62,815 nt of DNA, from contig DATNQN010000123.1 of the NCBI GenBank assembly GCA_036703985.1, forward strand, positions 1-62,815, in the 5' to 3' direction. Both the position numbers and the translations under genes were made by a program. The notes below the pieces were generated by a model, which worked only from the letters and a program-made list of their open reading frames with translations, had not been told where the DNA came from and ran no database searches. This document shows positions 28,447 through 38,727 of the stretch, in pieces (position 1 is the stretch's first letter; each line of letters opens with the position of its first letter). Source of the DNA: Leptolyngbyaceae cyanobacterium (GTDB lineage Bacteria > Cyanobacteriota > Cyanobacteriia > Cyanobacteriales > Aerosakkonemataceae).

Positions 28447-29326
28447 ATTCTCCTTTAGCTATTATAATCGAATTACCACCCACATTTACTTCAATTCCTG
28501 TTGCACTTCTTTGCGCTTTTAATAACAACAAAGAAGGTCTACCAATTTCATATCCTTGTTCGACTTTAATATCAATTGATGATTCACCAAAATAAGCATA
28601 TTCCACTAAATAGCCAGCCAAACAACCATTGGCGCTGCCAGTAGCCGGGTCTTCCGGAACACCCATTGCATCGGCAAACATTCGCACGTTCAAGTTATTT
28701 TCGGCATGATAAGTTTCCGGACAAAATACCAAAATAGCTTTTGCTTTAGTATTCCTAATTAAATCAAAATACTTCTCTTTATTTACCTTAATTCTCTTCA
28801 CCGATGCGAGACTATTTAACGGTACGATGATAAACGGTACTCCCGTAGAAACTTCTTCAATCGGAAACCTGTTATCAATTTCTGCTACATCTAAATTGAG
28901 GACTGGTGCAATCTGATCTGGCGAAAAACCTTGACCGAAAGTAGGTGTTTTTTGACGCATCCACAACCATTCAACTGAGTCTACCGCATAATGTAGAGTT
29001 ACCGGAATTTGTCCTACTTTTAGATTTAATATAACCGTTTCAACTTGATTTTTAATGATTTCTTGTTGTAAGATAAAAGCAGTTCCCAGAGTTGGATGTC
29101 CGGCAAAAGGTAACTCCTGTTCCGGCGTAAAAATCCGCACGTCGTAACCACCATTTTTCATTTCATTAGATGGAATAAAAGTGGTTTCCGAATAATTCAT
29201 TTCCTTGGCGATGCGCTGCATATCAATATCGGATAATTTGGCAACTTCATCACCAGTAAAAACAGCTAATTGATTGCCTGTATATTTTCCAACAGCAAAC
29301 ACATCGACAATGTAAAAATTCAACAT
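28439..29326 (-). CDS. PhzF-family isomerase (phenazine biosynthesis PhzF-like)
   Basis: N-terminal MLNFYIVDVFA...GNQLAVF and overall 295-aa PhzF/DAP-epimerase-like fold pattern. Confidence 0.75.
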   Translation of the reverse strand: MLNFYIVDVFAVGKYTGNQLAVFTGDEVAKLSDIDMQRIAKEMNYSETTFIPSNEMKNGGYDVRIFTPEQELPFAGHPTLGTAFILQQEIIKNQVETVILNLKVGQIPVTLHYAVDSVEWLWMRQKTPTFGQGFSPDQIAPVLNLDVAEIDNRFPIEEVSTGVPFIIVPLNSLASVKRIKVNKEKYFDLIRNTKAKAILVFCPETYHAENNLNVRMFADAMGVPEDPATGSANGCLAGYLVEYAYFGESSIDIKVEQGYEIGRPSLLLLKAQRSATGIEVNVGGNSIIIAKGEFV

Positions 29327-29435
29327 ATTTTCTTGGTTTCCTTGGCGTCTTGGAAGTTTACAAAATCATTCGATCGCACTGAAAAAAAAGCTGGTTGTGG
29401 TGCGTTACGGCGATCGCTTAACGCACCCTACGGAG

Positions 29436-30959
29436 TTAGCGCAAGCAGCGAATCGCTTCTAACAAACCTCTGGCTTTATTGAGGGTTTCTTCATACTCTT
29501 TTTCTGGTACGGAATCAGCTACTAAACCGGCACCTGCTTGTACGGATACGGTGTGTTTTCCATCACCTCGATCGCGCACAACCATCGTGCGAATTGCGAT
29601 CGCGCTATTCAACTGTCCCTCAAAATCATAATAACCGTAAACCCCAGAATAAGGGCCACGGCGACAACCTTCTAACTCGTGGATAATTTCCATTGCACGA
29701 ATTTTCGGTGCGCCACTGACAGTTCCCGCTGGAAAACAAGCTTTCAACAAATCCCATGCAGTTTTATCAGATGCAACTTCTCCAATTACATTACTTACAA
29801 TGTGCATGACGTGAGAGTAACGTTCGATCGTCATTAATTCATCAACTCTCACCGTTCCGCTTTTGCAAACTCTACCCAAATCATTTCTTCCCAAATCTAC
29901 TAACATGACGTGTTCGGCAATTTCCTTGGGATCTTGCAACAATTCTTCTGCTAAAGCGGTATCTTCTTGTGCAGTTTTTCCCCGGTGGCGAGTTCCGGCA
30001 ATTGGTCGTAAAGTAGCTATAGTTCCCCCAGATCGATCGCGTTCTGCTTTTACCATCACTTCCGGACTCGAACCAATTATTTGCCAATCACCGAAGTTAA
30101 AATAAGCCATATAAGGCGAAGGATTAATTAATCGCAAAGAACGATACAATCCAAACGGATCGCCAGTATATTCCGATGAAAGTCGCTGAGAAAGCACTAC
30201 TTGGAAAATATCGCCAGCTTTGATATATTGCTTGGCTTTCTGCACGTTAGCACAAAAATTTTCTCGCGATATATTGCTGTTGTATTCAATTTCCCCTTTA
30301 CCCGTTCCCGGTGGCGTCCATTGCAGCAGGGTACTTTGCTGAGAAAGGGGGGATTGCAATTTCTCTACCAAGCGAGTTACGCGATCGCACGCCTGCTGAT
30401 AAGCTTGCTCTAAAGTTAAATTAGCATATCTCAGATCCGCATATGCGATCGCCCAAATTTTCCGCTTAACCTGATCGAAAATCAACAAATTATCTACCTG
30501 CATCCACAAACCATCCGGCAAATCATCCGATGAACCTTGGTAAACTGGTACGCGAGGTTCCATCCATTTAATTAATTCATATCCCCAAAAACCAAACAAT
30601 CCACCAATCCCAGGTGGTAACTCAGGTAACTGAACAGGTTGAATGTGTTGGAGAGAATAAGTTAATGCTTCAAACGGATCGCCTTCAAACTCGATTAACG
30701 ATCCATCCCGGTGAGTTTGGACAGTGCGATCGCCCCTTGCTTCCATTATCCACAGCGGATCGCATCCCAGCAAACTGTAGCGTCCGATTTTCTCCCCACC
30801 TTCCACAGATTCTAACAGGAAGCTGTAAGGCTGGCCTGCACAAACCTTATACCAAGCAGACACGGGTGTATCCAAATCGGCCACCCATTCTTGGTAAACT
30901 GGAACAAAATTACCTTGTTTAGCTAGTTCGCAAAATTGGGAGAAATCGGGAAATATCAT
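29436..30959 (-). CDS. chorismate-utilising enzyme, anthranilate synthase component I-like (TrpE/PabB family)
   Basis: LLESVEGGE motif near the N-terminus. C-terminal chorismate-binding core (GGPYSGVYGY...AIRTMVV...GAGLVADSVPE.EY.ET.NKA). 507 aa, no fused amidotransferase. Confidence 0.75.
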   Translation of the reverse strand: MIFPDFSQFCELAKQGNFVPVYQEWVADLDTPVSAWYKVCAGQPYSFLLESVEGGEKIGRYSLLGCDPLWIMEARGDRTVQTHRDGSLIEFEGDPFEALTYSLQHIQPVQLPELPPGIGGLFGFWGYELIKWMEPRVPVYQGSSDDLPDGLWMQVDNLLIFDQVKRKIWAIAYADLRYANLTLEQAYQQACDRVTRLVEKLQSPLSQQSTLLQWTPPGTGKGEIEYNSNISRENFCANVQKAKQYIKAGDIFQVVLSQRLSSEYTGDPFGLYRSLRLINPSPYMAYFNFGDWQIIGSSPEVMVKAERDRSGGTIATLRPIAGTRHRGKTAQEDTALAEELLQDPKEIAEHVMLVDLGRNDLGRVCKSGTVRVDELMTIERYSHVMHIVSNVIGEVASDKTAWDLLKACFPAGTVSGAPKIRAMEIIHELEGCRRGPYSGVYGYYDFEGQLNSAIAIRTMVVRDRGDGKHTVSVQAGAGLVADSVPEKEYEETLNKARGLLEAIRCLR

Positions 30960-31035
30960 AAATTTACTAAAATCTTAGATGGGAGTGCGTGCTACCACCG
31001 TATAGTTTTTCACTCCCAGTATAAATGAGTCAATC

Positions 31036-31068
31036 AATTTTAGATTTTAGATTTTAGATTTTAGATTT
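31036..31068. repeat. STRR heptamer tandem repeat (ATTTTAG)x4-5 adjacent to a GGTGCGTGAC/GTCACGCACC inverted repeat
   Basis: Direct reading in the spacer 30960-31150. Confidence 0.7.
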
Positions 31069-31150
31069 ATTTTATAGTAGGGTGCGTGACTGTAGTTTAT
31101 GATAGGGTTTACCTATTTATTTAAAATTGCGTCACGCACCAAATAACCTA

Positions 31151-31633
31151 CTATCTATTAGAAAATAGCCTGATACATTCTGGCAACCTTCTTTTGGCAT
31201 TAGAATCTTGTGGAATTTGGTTAAAATTCAATTTATTGAACGTTGCCAAATTGATTGGATTTCCGCGCCTGATTTGAGTTGGACTACCCAAACCCAATTC
31301 TACGTATTCTCTAGAAACATTATTAATTGTATTCCCGTTTACCGTGCCTTTAAAGCAATAACCTTCTCCTCTATATATATAGCTGATTCCTACTACCCGA
31401 TTACCTGTTTTCCGAAAAATTAAGTAATTAACATCTGCTTGTGCTGGCGAACGGGATTTTCCATAAAAATAGTCGCCATTGGGTAATCTTTGTGCTGTTT
31501 GTCTAGACTGCTTAGTTAACTCCCCGGCAAATTGTGACGAACCGGGTAAAGAACTAACAACTAAAATGGCTAGTCCGAACGCAAAACTAACTAGGGTTTT
31601 TTGAATTAACATATTTATTTCTAAGTCTAACAC
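31151..31633 (-). CDS. hypothetical secreted protein
   Basis: Signal peptide (LAILVVSSLPGSSQ). No recognisable domain. Confidence 0.35.
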   Translation of the reverse strand: MLDLEINMLIQKTLVSFAFGLAILVVSSLPGSSQFAGELTKQSRQTAQRLPNGDYFYGKSRSPAQADVNYLIFRKTGNRVVGISYIYRGEGYCFKGTVNGNTINNVSREYVELGLGSPTQIRRGNPINLATFNKLNFNQIPQDSNAKRRLPECIRLFSNR

Positions 31634-31732
31634 TAAAAATCAATACAACTCTCCAAATAACTTTTCCAGGCTAGTTGAGAATTTTTATGTTAACCAGATT
31701 CATCTTTAAAGCCATCTAAAATCAATTAACAT

Positions 31733-32365
31733 TTATCTTGATGGCAAACCAATTTTACAGCCAGACTCATTAAATTTCCGGACAACTGCTTCGATTTCTT
31801 GTGTTGTAGCGGCAGATAATTTAGCAAACTCTCTTGGCGGTTGAAGAACAGTAGAAAAGTGATAAGGAACTGCTACGGGAATGTCTGGTTGATTATTCAT
31901 CACTACACCTATTCCCAGATACTCTCCTTCCTTTAAAATTACCTCGCGATCGCTAGTCCGAATTACCCCATTTGATATATTTCCCAAACTAAAATCTGCT
32001 GCTTGTATCCCAATATAAATCAAGCAAACACGGCCTCTAGTATTGGAAGGATAAACTGCTAAACTTTCTTCATATCCTCCCCATTCTCCTAAAAAAGGCG
32101 CAGTTGCCGGATCGATCCTAGACCAATCTCTTACGAATGATTCTCTACTTTGCCGTCCAGCTAGATTGCGATTATCCGTGACTTGACCACTACTTTCTAT
32201 ATCGCGGATTTGTTGACGTAATTTTTGTCTTAATTTCTGTATCTCTGCTGAAGTTGGATGTCTTTCTGATTGAGCAAAACTTGGTAAATAGCTAATGGTT
32301 AAAATTGATAAAATCACCAATAACAAAGCAATTACTCGCTGATTTTTTCCTATTTTTACTACCAT
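31733..32365 (-). CDS. hypothetical secreted protein
   Basis: Signal peptide (ALLLVILSILTISYLPSFA). No recognisable domain. Confidence 0.35.
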   Translation of the reverse strand: MVVKIGKNQRVIALLLVILSILTISYLPSFAQSERHPTSAEIQKLRQKLRQQIRDIESSGQVTDNRNLAGRQSRESFVRDWSRIDPATAPFLGEWGGYEESLAVYPSNTRGRVCLIYIGIQAADFSLGNISNGVIRTSDREVILKEGEYLGIGVVMNNQPDIPVAVPYHFSTVLQPPREFAKLSAATTQEIEAVVRKFNESGCKIGLPSR

Positions 32366-32433
32366 ATAATTTCATTGCTGAAACTCTCATTCCTAATCCC
32401 TTCTTCCCCTAATCCCTAGCCCCTAGCTATACT

Positions 32434-32482
32434 AAAACTCAAGCCTCGAAAGGATTAAACCCTCCGAAACTTGAGTTTTTTT
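32434..32482 (-). terminator. stem-loop with flanking A/T runs, downstream of psaD (bidirectional-type intrinsic terminator)
   Basis: AAAACTCAAG ... CTTGAGTTTT with a 26-nt loop and T-runs on both sides. Located 190 bp 3' of psaD. Confidence 0.4.
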
Positions 32483-32669
32483 CTAAATGCTGTACGTTGA
32501 CAGCACTAAAATTTTGACATTCCGCACAGAAAATTCCTGTGGGATTCTTAGGCTCATCTTTTTTGATGATGTCTAGGTTTTGCAACCTAATCCTTAAGCG
32601 TATACCAGCCCGAAGGCTAGCAGTTTCCGTCTGCCCGACGGTACTTTTAGGAGTTTAGCAGTAACCCTA

Positions 32670-33095
32670 CTAGACTTCGTAAGGTTTTTGACCGCTGAAT
32701 TTGATCTTAGAGGGTTCGGGATTGCTACCGATATTGCGGTCTTTCTTACCTACATAAGGACGGCCTTGGTTCACTTTTTCAGGGAACACGCCATCCGCAG
32801 GGTGGAGGTATTCGGTGTCACCGTTAGGGAAAACCCGGTAAATCTTGTAGTTATTGATTTTGAATTTAGCACGCAGTTGCTGACCGCCTAAAGCGATACA
32901 TTGTTCTTTGCGAGCTAAATACAGCAGGTTATCACCTTGGCGCATTACAGCAGCACCGCCTGTCGGCATCTCAAACACCTGTTCTTTGGGGCTAGTCCAG
33001 GTGATGGCGTACTTTTCTTCAATTTCCGCTTTGCTGAGTAAACCGCCGGTGCTGCCACCGAACAGAGGTGGTTGTCCAGTCAGAGTTTCTGCCAT
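32670..33095 (-). CDS. psaD: photosystem I reaction centre subunit II (PsaD)
   Basis: [20 protein letters not shown]...[14 protein letters not shown]...GRPYVGK matches PsaD nearly residue-for-residue. Start taken at the internal Met (MAETL); the longer ORF begins 12 codons upstream. Confidence 0.9.
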   Translation of the reverse strand: MAETLTGQPPLFGGSTGGLLSKAEIEEKYAITWTSPKEQVFEMPTGGAAVMRQGDNLLYLARKEQCIALGGQQLRAKFKINNYKIYRVFPNGDTEYLHPADGVFPEKVNQGRPYVGKKDRNIGSNPEPSKIKFSGQKPYEV

Positions 33096-33272
33096 AGATT
33101 CCTCTCTCAACTTTTTAGGGAATCCTATCACCGACGCAGGGGTTGTCTTGCGAATTCGTCAAGAACTGTAACAGTTCTTCAGGTTTGGGGGGCAAGAGGC
33201 AGGGGGCAGGGGGCAGGGAGCAGGAGGAAAGGGAAAACCTGAATTCTGACTCCTGACTTCATCCTTCAGACT

Positions 33273-35237
33273 TCAGACTTCATCCTTCATCCTTTTACTC
33301 ACTTTTGGGCTTTCTACGATCGGAATTGTAAAGTGTAACTGGCTGCCTTGGTCTTTACCGGCAGATTCGGCCCAAATTTGGCCGCCCCAGCCGTTGACGA
33401 TTTGGCGACAAATGGCTAATCCCAAGCCTGTACCGCCTGTAGTTCGCCTTAAAGCACCTTCTTCTTGATAAAAGCGATCGAACACGGTTTCCAGACGATT
33501 TGGCTCGATTCCGCGCCCGGTATCAGCTACGGTGACTTTCACCATTCGATTGCCGTTTACTTTAGCTTCAATTGTTACCTGTCCTTCGGGATCGGTAAAT
33601 TTGCAAGCATTATCCAACAGCTTTGATAGTACTTCTACCAGCCACTCACCATCAGCTTTGACTAGCGGTAGTTTGGCTGGCACTTGGGCAGCAATTTGGG
33701 GTAATTCTTCTTTAGAACGACGGGCGTGAGTGCTGCTAATGGCTAAATCCACGCATTCTTGGAATTCCAGCGCTTCTGGATGCCACTGCACGCGACCGCT
33801 TTCTAATTGGGAAAGGGTAAGGAAATCTTGAACTAGTTTCCGCATCCTCTCCCCATCTGCTAGGGCTGAGTTTAACATCACCTGTCGCAGTTCGAGGGAC
33901 ATATCCGGTTCGCTAGCCAGACTTTCCAAACAAACTTGAATGGTGGATAGGGGAGTTCGCAGTTCGTGACCTGTAATGGCAATTAGATTGCTGCGGGTGC
34001 GTTCTAGGGCTTCTAATTGTTGGTTGAGGTCTTCTAGGTTAGCGTAGGCTTCCGCTTGAATTAAGGCTACCCCAATTTGGTTGGCGATCGCTTCTACTAG
34101 TTCTACATCTTCTTCTTGCCATTGGTGGGGCTTTGTACCGCAATGGTGCAATTCCACCATTCCTAGTAATTTGCTGCCTTTATCTACCACCGGGACTAAT
34201 AGCCAGGATGCTATTTTAGAGCGGCGTACTAATTCTTTTAATTGGGGCGAGTTATTAATGGCGGTGTTTTTCTGGGTATCAGCTACGTAAACAGGTACTA
34301 GCCCTTGGGCTACCTCCTGAAACAAAGGATTCTGTTGTAATGGCCATTTTTCTCCTGCCAAAGAGCGAACGCCCGGAGTTAAAAATTCATGTAGATTAGT
34401 TGTTTCAATGTCTGTTTCTTTACAACGGTATATTAAACACCGACAAACTTGCATGGCTTGGCCTAATTCTAGGGCTGCTTTGGCGAGAACTTCTTGAGGA
34501 TTGAGGGATTGCCTGATAGCAGTGGTGATGGAATTTACCAGCCGTTCTTTACTTTCTTGTTTGGCGATCGAGCGATAAGCTTTGAGTAATTTATATTGTC
34601 CTGCTTGCAGGTAAGTTACCAAACGCTGGGCAAACGGGTCTGGGTCGATATTTTGCCCTCTTGATGAGGCTTTGGCCAATAATTTGGTTTTTACCTGTTT
34701 GATTTTTTTGGCTAACTCAGGGCGATAAACCAAAATTTTGTCTAGCAATAATTCAGCTGCTTTACAGCTTACCTGCCGATCGAATGTCCAAATGCCTTCA
34801 AAGCGGCGAGATGGATCTATGTCAACGTGCATATGTTCGGGGGAGGGCATTATAGGCACTTGCCGTTCCCGACACACTATGCAACTGGCGTATTGCTGCC
34901 CGATTACTACTAGATGCCACTCTTGAGAGAGGATGTCTTGGGGGTCAAACGCGATCGTTTCGTAGGTGTCAGAACGGCTGCAAAAATCTGTTTCCGGTGC
35001 CGCTAATACGTACACCTGATTGCTTTTTTGCGCGATTCGCTTATAACGGTGCGCTTCCTGACGGTAGAAGCGTTCTCTCTGAAAATTAGCAATCACTAGC
35101 GGCTGATCTGACCCCGCCAAAACTTGGTCTTCCATCGCGTGAGAAAGCGCGGTTAAGGAAGACTTGAAATACATTTGTGGCCGCAGTTGGGGCAGTTCTT
35201 CCAGCAGTCCTGCCAGCACGGAAGTCTGGATGCTCAT
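33273..35237 (-). CDS. sensor histidine kinase with N-terminal DICT-like and GAF domains
   Basis: N-terminal ~120 aa resemble a DICT sensory domain. GAF-like middle. H-box ITGHELRTPLSTI. HATPase N/G boxes (LLDNACKFT; DTGRGI; GGTGLGLAICRQIV). No receiver domain. Confidence 0.75.
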   Translation of the reverse strand: MSIQTSVLAGLLEELPQLRPQMYFKSSLTALSHAMEDQVLAGSDQPLVIANFQRERFYRQEAHRYKRIAQKSNQVYVLAAPETDFCSRSDTYETIAFDPQDILSQEWHLVVIGQQYASCIVCRERQVPIMPSPEHMHVDIDPSRRFEGIWTFDRQVSCKAAELLLDKILVYRPELAKKIKQVKTKLLAKASSRGQNIDPDPFAQRLVTYLQAGQYKLLKAYRSIAKQESKERLVNSITTAIRQSLNPQEVLAKAALELGQAMQVCRCLIYRCKETDIETTNLHEFLTPGVRSLAGEKWPLQQNPLFQEVAQGLVPVYVADTQKNTAINNSPQLKELVRRSKIASWLLVPVVDKGSKLLGMVELHHCGTKPHQWQEEDVELVEAIANQIGVALIQAEAYANLEDLNQQLEALERTRSNLIAITGHELRTPLSTIQVCLESLASEPDMSLELRQVMLNSALADGERMRKLVQDFLTLSQLESGRVQWHPEALEFQECVDLAISSTHARRSKEELPQIAAQVPAKLPLVKADGEWLVEVLSKLLDNACKFTDPEGQVTIEAKVNGNRMVKVTVADTGRGIEPNRLETVFDRFYQEEGALRRTTGGTGLGLAICRQIVNGWGGQIWAESAGKDQGSQLHFTIPIVESPKVSKRMKDEV

Positions 35238-35597
35238 GGATATATTTTTTTATATAGTCTCAAGCAAAGTCCACCAAAAAGAGCGATCGCTCCAGCCACA
35301 ACCTTTACTCAACTGATCTGTGCTGGAGATTTACCCCAGTACGTTGGCTTTGAGTTGAGTGGATTTTGTTAATTTCTAGTTTAACTGCCAACGATCCCGT
35401 CGATGAAAAGAGAAGGGGAAGGGAGATTTGACGATATGGGTTGAACTTGTTATCTTATATGTAGTCGTAATGAGTACGTTTTATTGCCAGGTAATTTAAA
35501 TTTATCTGTTTAAGCGATCGCGTTGAGGATTGGATTAAGTAAAGTTAAGTATTTTTGCCTTTATTGAAGCCCATATCGATACCCAAGAGAAAACAAC

Positions 35598-36143
35598 ATG
35601 GTGAAAATAGTTGGTATTGGCGGTAGCCTCAGAACAGACTCCTACAGTCAACAAGCTTTAAATTTAGCGGCTTTGCGCGTAGAAGCACTCGGCGCGGAAG
35701 TAGAAATACTCGATCTGCGAGAAATGAACTTGCCGTTTTGCAATGGGGAAGATGAGTATCCCGATTACCCAGATGTGGAGAAGTTGCGAAACGCGGTACG
35801 TAGTGCTGATGGATTAATTTTGGCAACGCCGGAGTATCACGGTAGCGTTAGTGGCGTATTGAAAAACGCCCTCGATTTGATGAGTTTCGAGCATCTCAGC
35901 GATAAAGTAGTTGGTACGATCAGCGTTTTGGGCGGACAATCTAACAACAACGCCTTAAATGATTTGCGAGTAATTTTACGATGGGTACACGCATGGGTTA
36001 TACCGGAACAGGTTGCGATCGGTCAAGCATGGAAAGCTTTTGGTTCTGATGGCAAACTGTTAGATGAAAAGCTTTCTCAACGCTTTGATAAGTTTGCCGA
36101 AAGTTTGATAGAAAGTACTCGCAAGTTACGGGGAGTTGCTTAG
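35598..36143 (+). CDS. NAD(P)H-dependent FMN reductase-family oxidoreductase
   Basis: MVKIVGIGGSLRTDSYS flavodoxin-like N-terminus and 181-aa length typical of the NADPH-dependent FMN reductase family. Confidence 0.65.
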   Translation: MVKIVGIGGSLRTDSYSQQALNLAALRVEALGAEVEILDLREMNLPFCNGEDEYPDYPDVEKLRNAVRSADGLILATPEYHGSVSGVLKNALDLMSFEHLSDKVVGTISVLGGQSNNNALNDLRVILRWVHAWVIPEQVAIGQAWKAFGSDGKLLDEKLSQRFDKFAESLIESTRKLRGVA

Positions 36144-36153
36144 GAGAATTCAA

Positions 36154-36184
36154 GAAACCCGGTTTTTCTAAAAAACCGGGTTTC
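36154..36184 (+). terminator. intrinsic terminator, second copy of the GAAACCCGGTTT...AAACCGGGTTTC palindrome family
   Basis: 11-bp stem, 8-nt loop, followed by TTTCTGG. 10 bp after the stop of the FMN reductase gene. Confidence 0.55.
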
Positions 36185-36216
36185 TGGCAAAGGGCAACCG
36201 AAAGTTTAGAATTAAG

Positions 36217-36630
36217 TTGCCGAGTATTGTGAGGAATCAAAAAATGTTATTACGTTACATTTTGGCATGGATTCCAATGATTGCGATCGCCATCTTCAAC
36301 GCGACGATTCGAGAAACTACTTATGGCAAGTATTTTAGTGAATTGCGTTCCCATCAAATCTCTACTATCACTGGGGTTTTGTTCTTCGGTTTATATATTT
36401 GGGGCATCACGCAACTTTGGGGTTTTACATCGATGACAGAAGCGCTCTTGGTGGGATTGATTTGGCTGGGATTAACAGTTATATTTGAGTTTGGCTTTGG
36501 TCGTTACGTAGCAAAGCATTCTTGGGAAAAACTACTTGGTGACTATAATATTTTGGCAGGCAGAATATGGATAATCATATTAATCTGGCTTGCCATTGCT
36601 CCGATGTTATTTTATAAGTTACTGGGATGA
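36217..36630 (+). CDS. hypothetical 4-TM membrane protein
   Basis: 137-aa ORF with four hydrophobic helices. No family recognised. Confidence 0.4.
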   Translation: MPSIVRNQKMLLRYILAWIPMIAIAIFNATIRETTYGKYFSELRSHQISTITGVLFFGLYIWGITQLWGFTSMTEALLVGLIWLGLTVIFEFGFGRYVAKHSWEKLLGDYNILAGRIWIIILIWLAIAPMLFYKLLG

Positions 36631-36669
36631 AATAACGATCGCCAAGAGTAATCAAATTTTTTTAGGCAT

Positions 36670-37425
36670 TTAACTCGCGATTGCTAAGGCATCTAAATTG
36701 CCATCGCTAATCAGGCGTCCGTCTTCCATGTAGACAATGCGATCGGCTATATCCAAAATTCGGTTATCGTGGGTAACTAATAAGATAGTACAACCTTGTT
36801 CTTTGGCTAATTTTTGCATCAATTCTACTACATCTCGTCCGGATTTTTTATCTAGGGCGGCAGTCGGTTCATCTGCTAGGACAATTTTCGGTTGACTGAC
36901 TAAGGCGCGTGCAATAGCTACTCTTTGTTTTTGTCCTCCAGATAAGTCATCTGGATAGTAATTGACGCGATTTCCTAATCCTACTGCTTCTAGCATTTCT
37001 TTGGCCCGATCGTTCATTTCGGCAGGGGAAATTTTGGGATGTACTTCTAATCCCATTCGCACGTTTTGTAGTGCAGTTAAGCTTCCGTGTAAATTATGGG
37101 CTTGGAAAATATAACCGTTCTGGCGACGTATTTCGGTTAATTGTTTTTCATTGGCACGGCAAAGTTCTTTTCCTAATACTTTTAAGCTGCCTTCTTGGGC
37201 AGAACGCAAACCGCCTACTAAGGTTAGTAGGGTGGTTTTGCCGGAACCGGATGGGCCAGTCATAATGATGATTTCGCCAGCGTTAATTTCTAAGTTGATG
37301 TCGAACAACGCTTGTTTACGAAGTTGCCCTTTTCCGAAGTAATGGTTTAGGTTTTGGATGGAAATTACGGCTGTCATGATATAATTATGGGTGTTTTTTA
37401 CCACAGATGAAACACAGATGAACAC
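36670..37425 (-). CDS. ABC transporter ATP-binding protein, DevA/MacB-type
   Basis: Walker A GPSGSGKTT. Signature LSGGQKQRVAIARAL. Walker B LADEPTAALD. Probable true start at the internal Met at 37377. Third gene of a B-C-A exporter operon. Confidence 0.8.
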   Translation of the reverse strand: MFICVSSVVKNTHNYIMTAVISIQNLNHYFGKGQLRKQALFDINLEINAGEIIIMTGPSGSGKTTLLTLVGGLRSAQEGSLKVLGKELCRANEKQLTEIRRQNGYIFQAHNLHGSLTALQNVRMGLEVHPKISPAEMNDRAKEMLEAVGLGNRVNYYPDDLSGGQKQRVAIARALVSQPKIVLADEPTAALDKKSGRDVVELMQKLAKEQGCTILLVTHDNRILDIADRIVYMEDGRLISDGNLDALAIAS

Positions 37426-37519
37426 AGATGAACACAGATGAATATTTAGATAGTTTGTGAGAGTTGATGGGTTATTTTTAACCGCAGATGTAAGAGGATA
37501 AACGCGGATGAACGCAGAT
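37402..37519. repeat. composite STRR element: (CACAGATGAA)x4 ... (CGCAGATG/CGCGGATGAA)x3
   Basis: Direct reading. Reverse-complement orientation of the element at 8.77-8.94 kb and 41.30-41.45 kb. Confidence 0.7.
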
Positions 37520-37551
37520 AATATTTTTGTTCTGACTCTTGAATTCTCCTC

Positions 37552-38727
37552 TTAAAACATATCTGCGGGGTCGGCGGATTGTAGTTTGCTGGTTGCGATC
37601 GTACCGGAAATTACGCACATGATAATGGTTAAGGTTAAAACCATTATGGCGCGTGCTAAAGTCATGTAAAGTGGTAAGTTAGTAGCGGTGCGAGTTACAT
37701 GGTAAAGTCCGATCGGTACTACGAATCCTGGCAGAAAACCTAAGACTGCTAAAATGATTGCTTCTTCAAAAATTACTCCCAACAAATAGGAGTTGTGATA
37801 GCCCATTGCTTTGAAGGTGGCGTATTCTTTGATGTGGGCGTTTACATCGGTGGAAAGTACTTGATAAACGATAATGACACCGACGATAAAACCCATCGCT
37901 ACTCCCAAACCGAAAATGAACCCGATTGGGCTTCCACTTTTCCAATAGTCTTCTTCAAATTTGACGAATTCTTCAATGGTTAGTACTTTTACATCATCGG
38001 GAAGGTAAGCTTTTAATGCTGCGGCTACTTGGGTGGAATCTGCGCCTGGTTCGATGTCAATTAAGCCGAGATTCACGCTACCAGCTTGTCGTTTGGGAAA
38101 TAGTCTTAAGAAATTTTCATCGCTGGAAATTATCGAACCATCGGCACCAAAGGAAGCACCAAGTTTGAATAAACCACTAATAGTAATTGTTCTTTTGTCT
38201 ATTTCGGTGGTTACTTCTTTTCCTGCTTCTAATTGAGTAAAAACTTGTTGGTAATCTCCTCTGGCACCTCTGTCAAATAGAAAGTGATCGGGTAACCGAA
38301 TTTTGTCTAGTTGGGCGTTAATTTCTGGTAACTTTAAAGCTGGTTGTTCGGTACTGATGCCAAGTACTTGGACGGTGGTTTTTTTGCGCGTCTGGGGATT
38401 TTTCCAACTGATGGTGTTGATATACATGGCTTGGGCAGATTCTACCCCAGGCACATCGGCAGCTTGGTAGAGTCGCCGCCGGGAAAAGGTGGATAAACTT
38501 TGGGTGTTGCGGGCTTGGGGACTCATCAGCACGATGTCTCCCTCTAGGGCGCGGTTGAGGCGGGTGTTGCTGTCATACAAGGCGTTCTGAAAGCCTAGCT
38601 GCATGAACATCAAGACATCGGCAAAGGCTATCCCGGATAAGGCTACTAGCAGGCGGCTTTTGTGGCGGCTGAGTTGCAGCCATCCCAAGGGGGTGCGCCG
38701 CCGGATGGTATCGATAAATCCAATCAT
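37552..38727 (-). CDS. ABC exporter permease, DevC/FtsX-type
   Basis: N-terminal TM, large periplasmic domain, C-terminal FtsX-like 3-TM bundle. 4-nt overlap with the upstream membrane-fusion gene. Confidence 0.75.
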   Translation of the reverse strand: MIGFIDTIRRRTPLGWLQLSRHKSRLLVALSGIAFADVLMFMQLGFQNALYDSNTRLNRALEGDIVLMSPQARNTQSLSTFSRRRLYQAADVPGVESAQAMYINTISWKNPQTRKKTTVQVLGISTEQPALKLPEINAQLDKIRLPDHFLFDRGARGDYQQVFTQLEAGKEVTTEIDKRTITISGLFKLGASFGADGSIISSDENFLRLFPKRQAGSVNLGLIDIEPGADSTQVAAALKAYLPDDVKVLTIEEFVKFEEDYWKSGSPIGFIFGLGVAMGFIVGVIIVYQVLSTDVNAHIKEYATFKAMGYHNSYLLGVIFEEAIILAVLGFLPGFVVPIGLYHVTRTATNLPLYMTLARAIMVLTLTIIMCVISGTIATSKLQSADPADMF

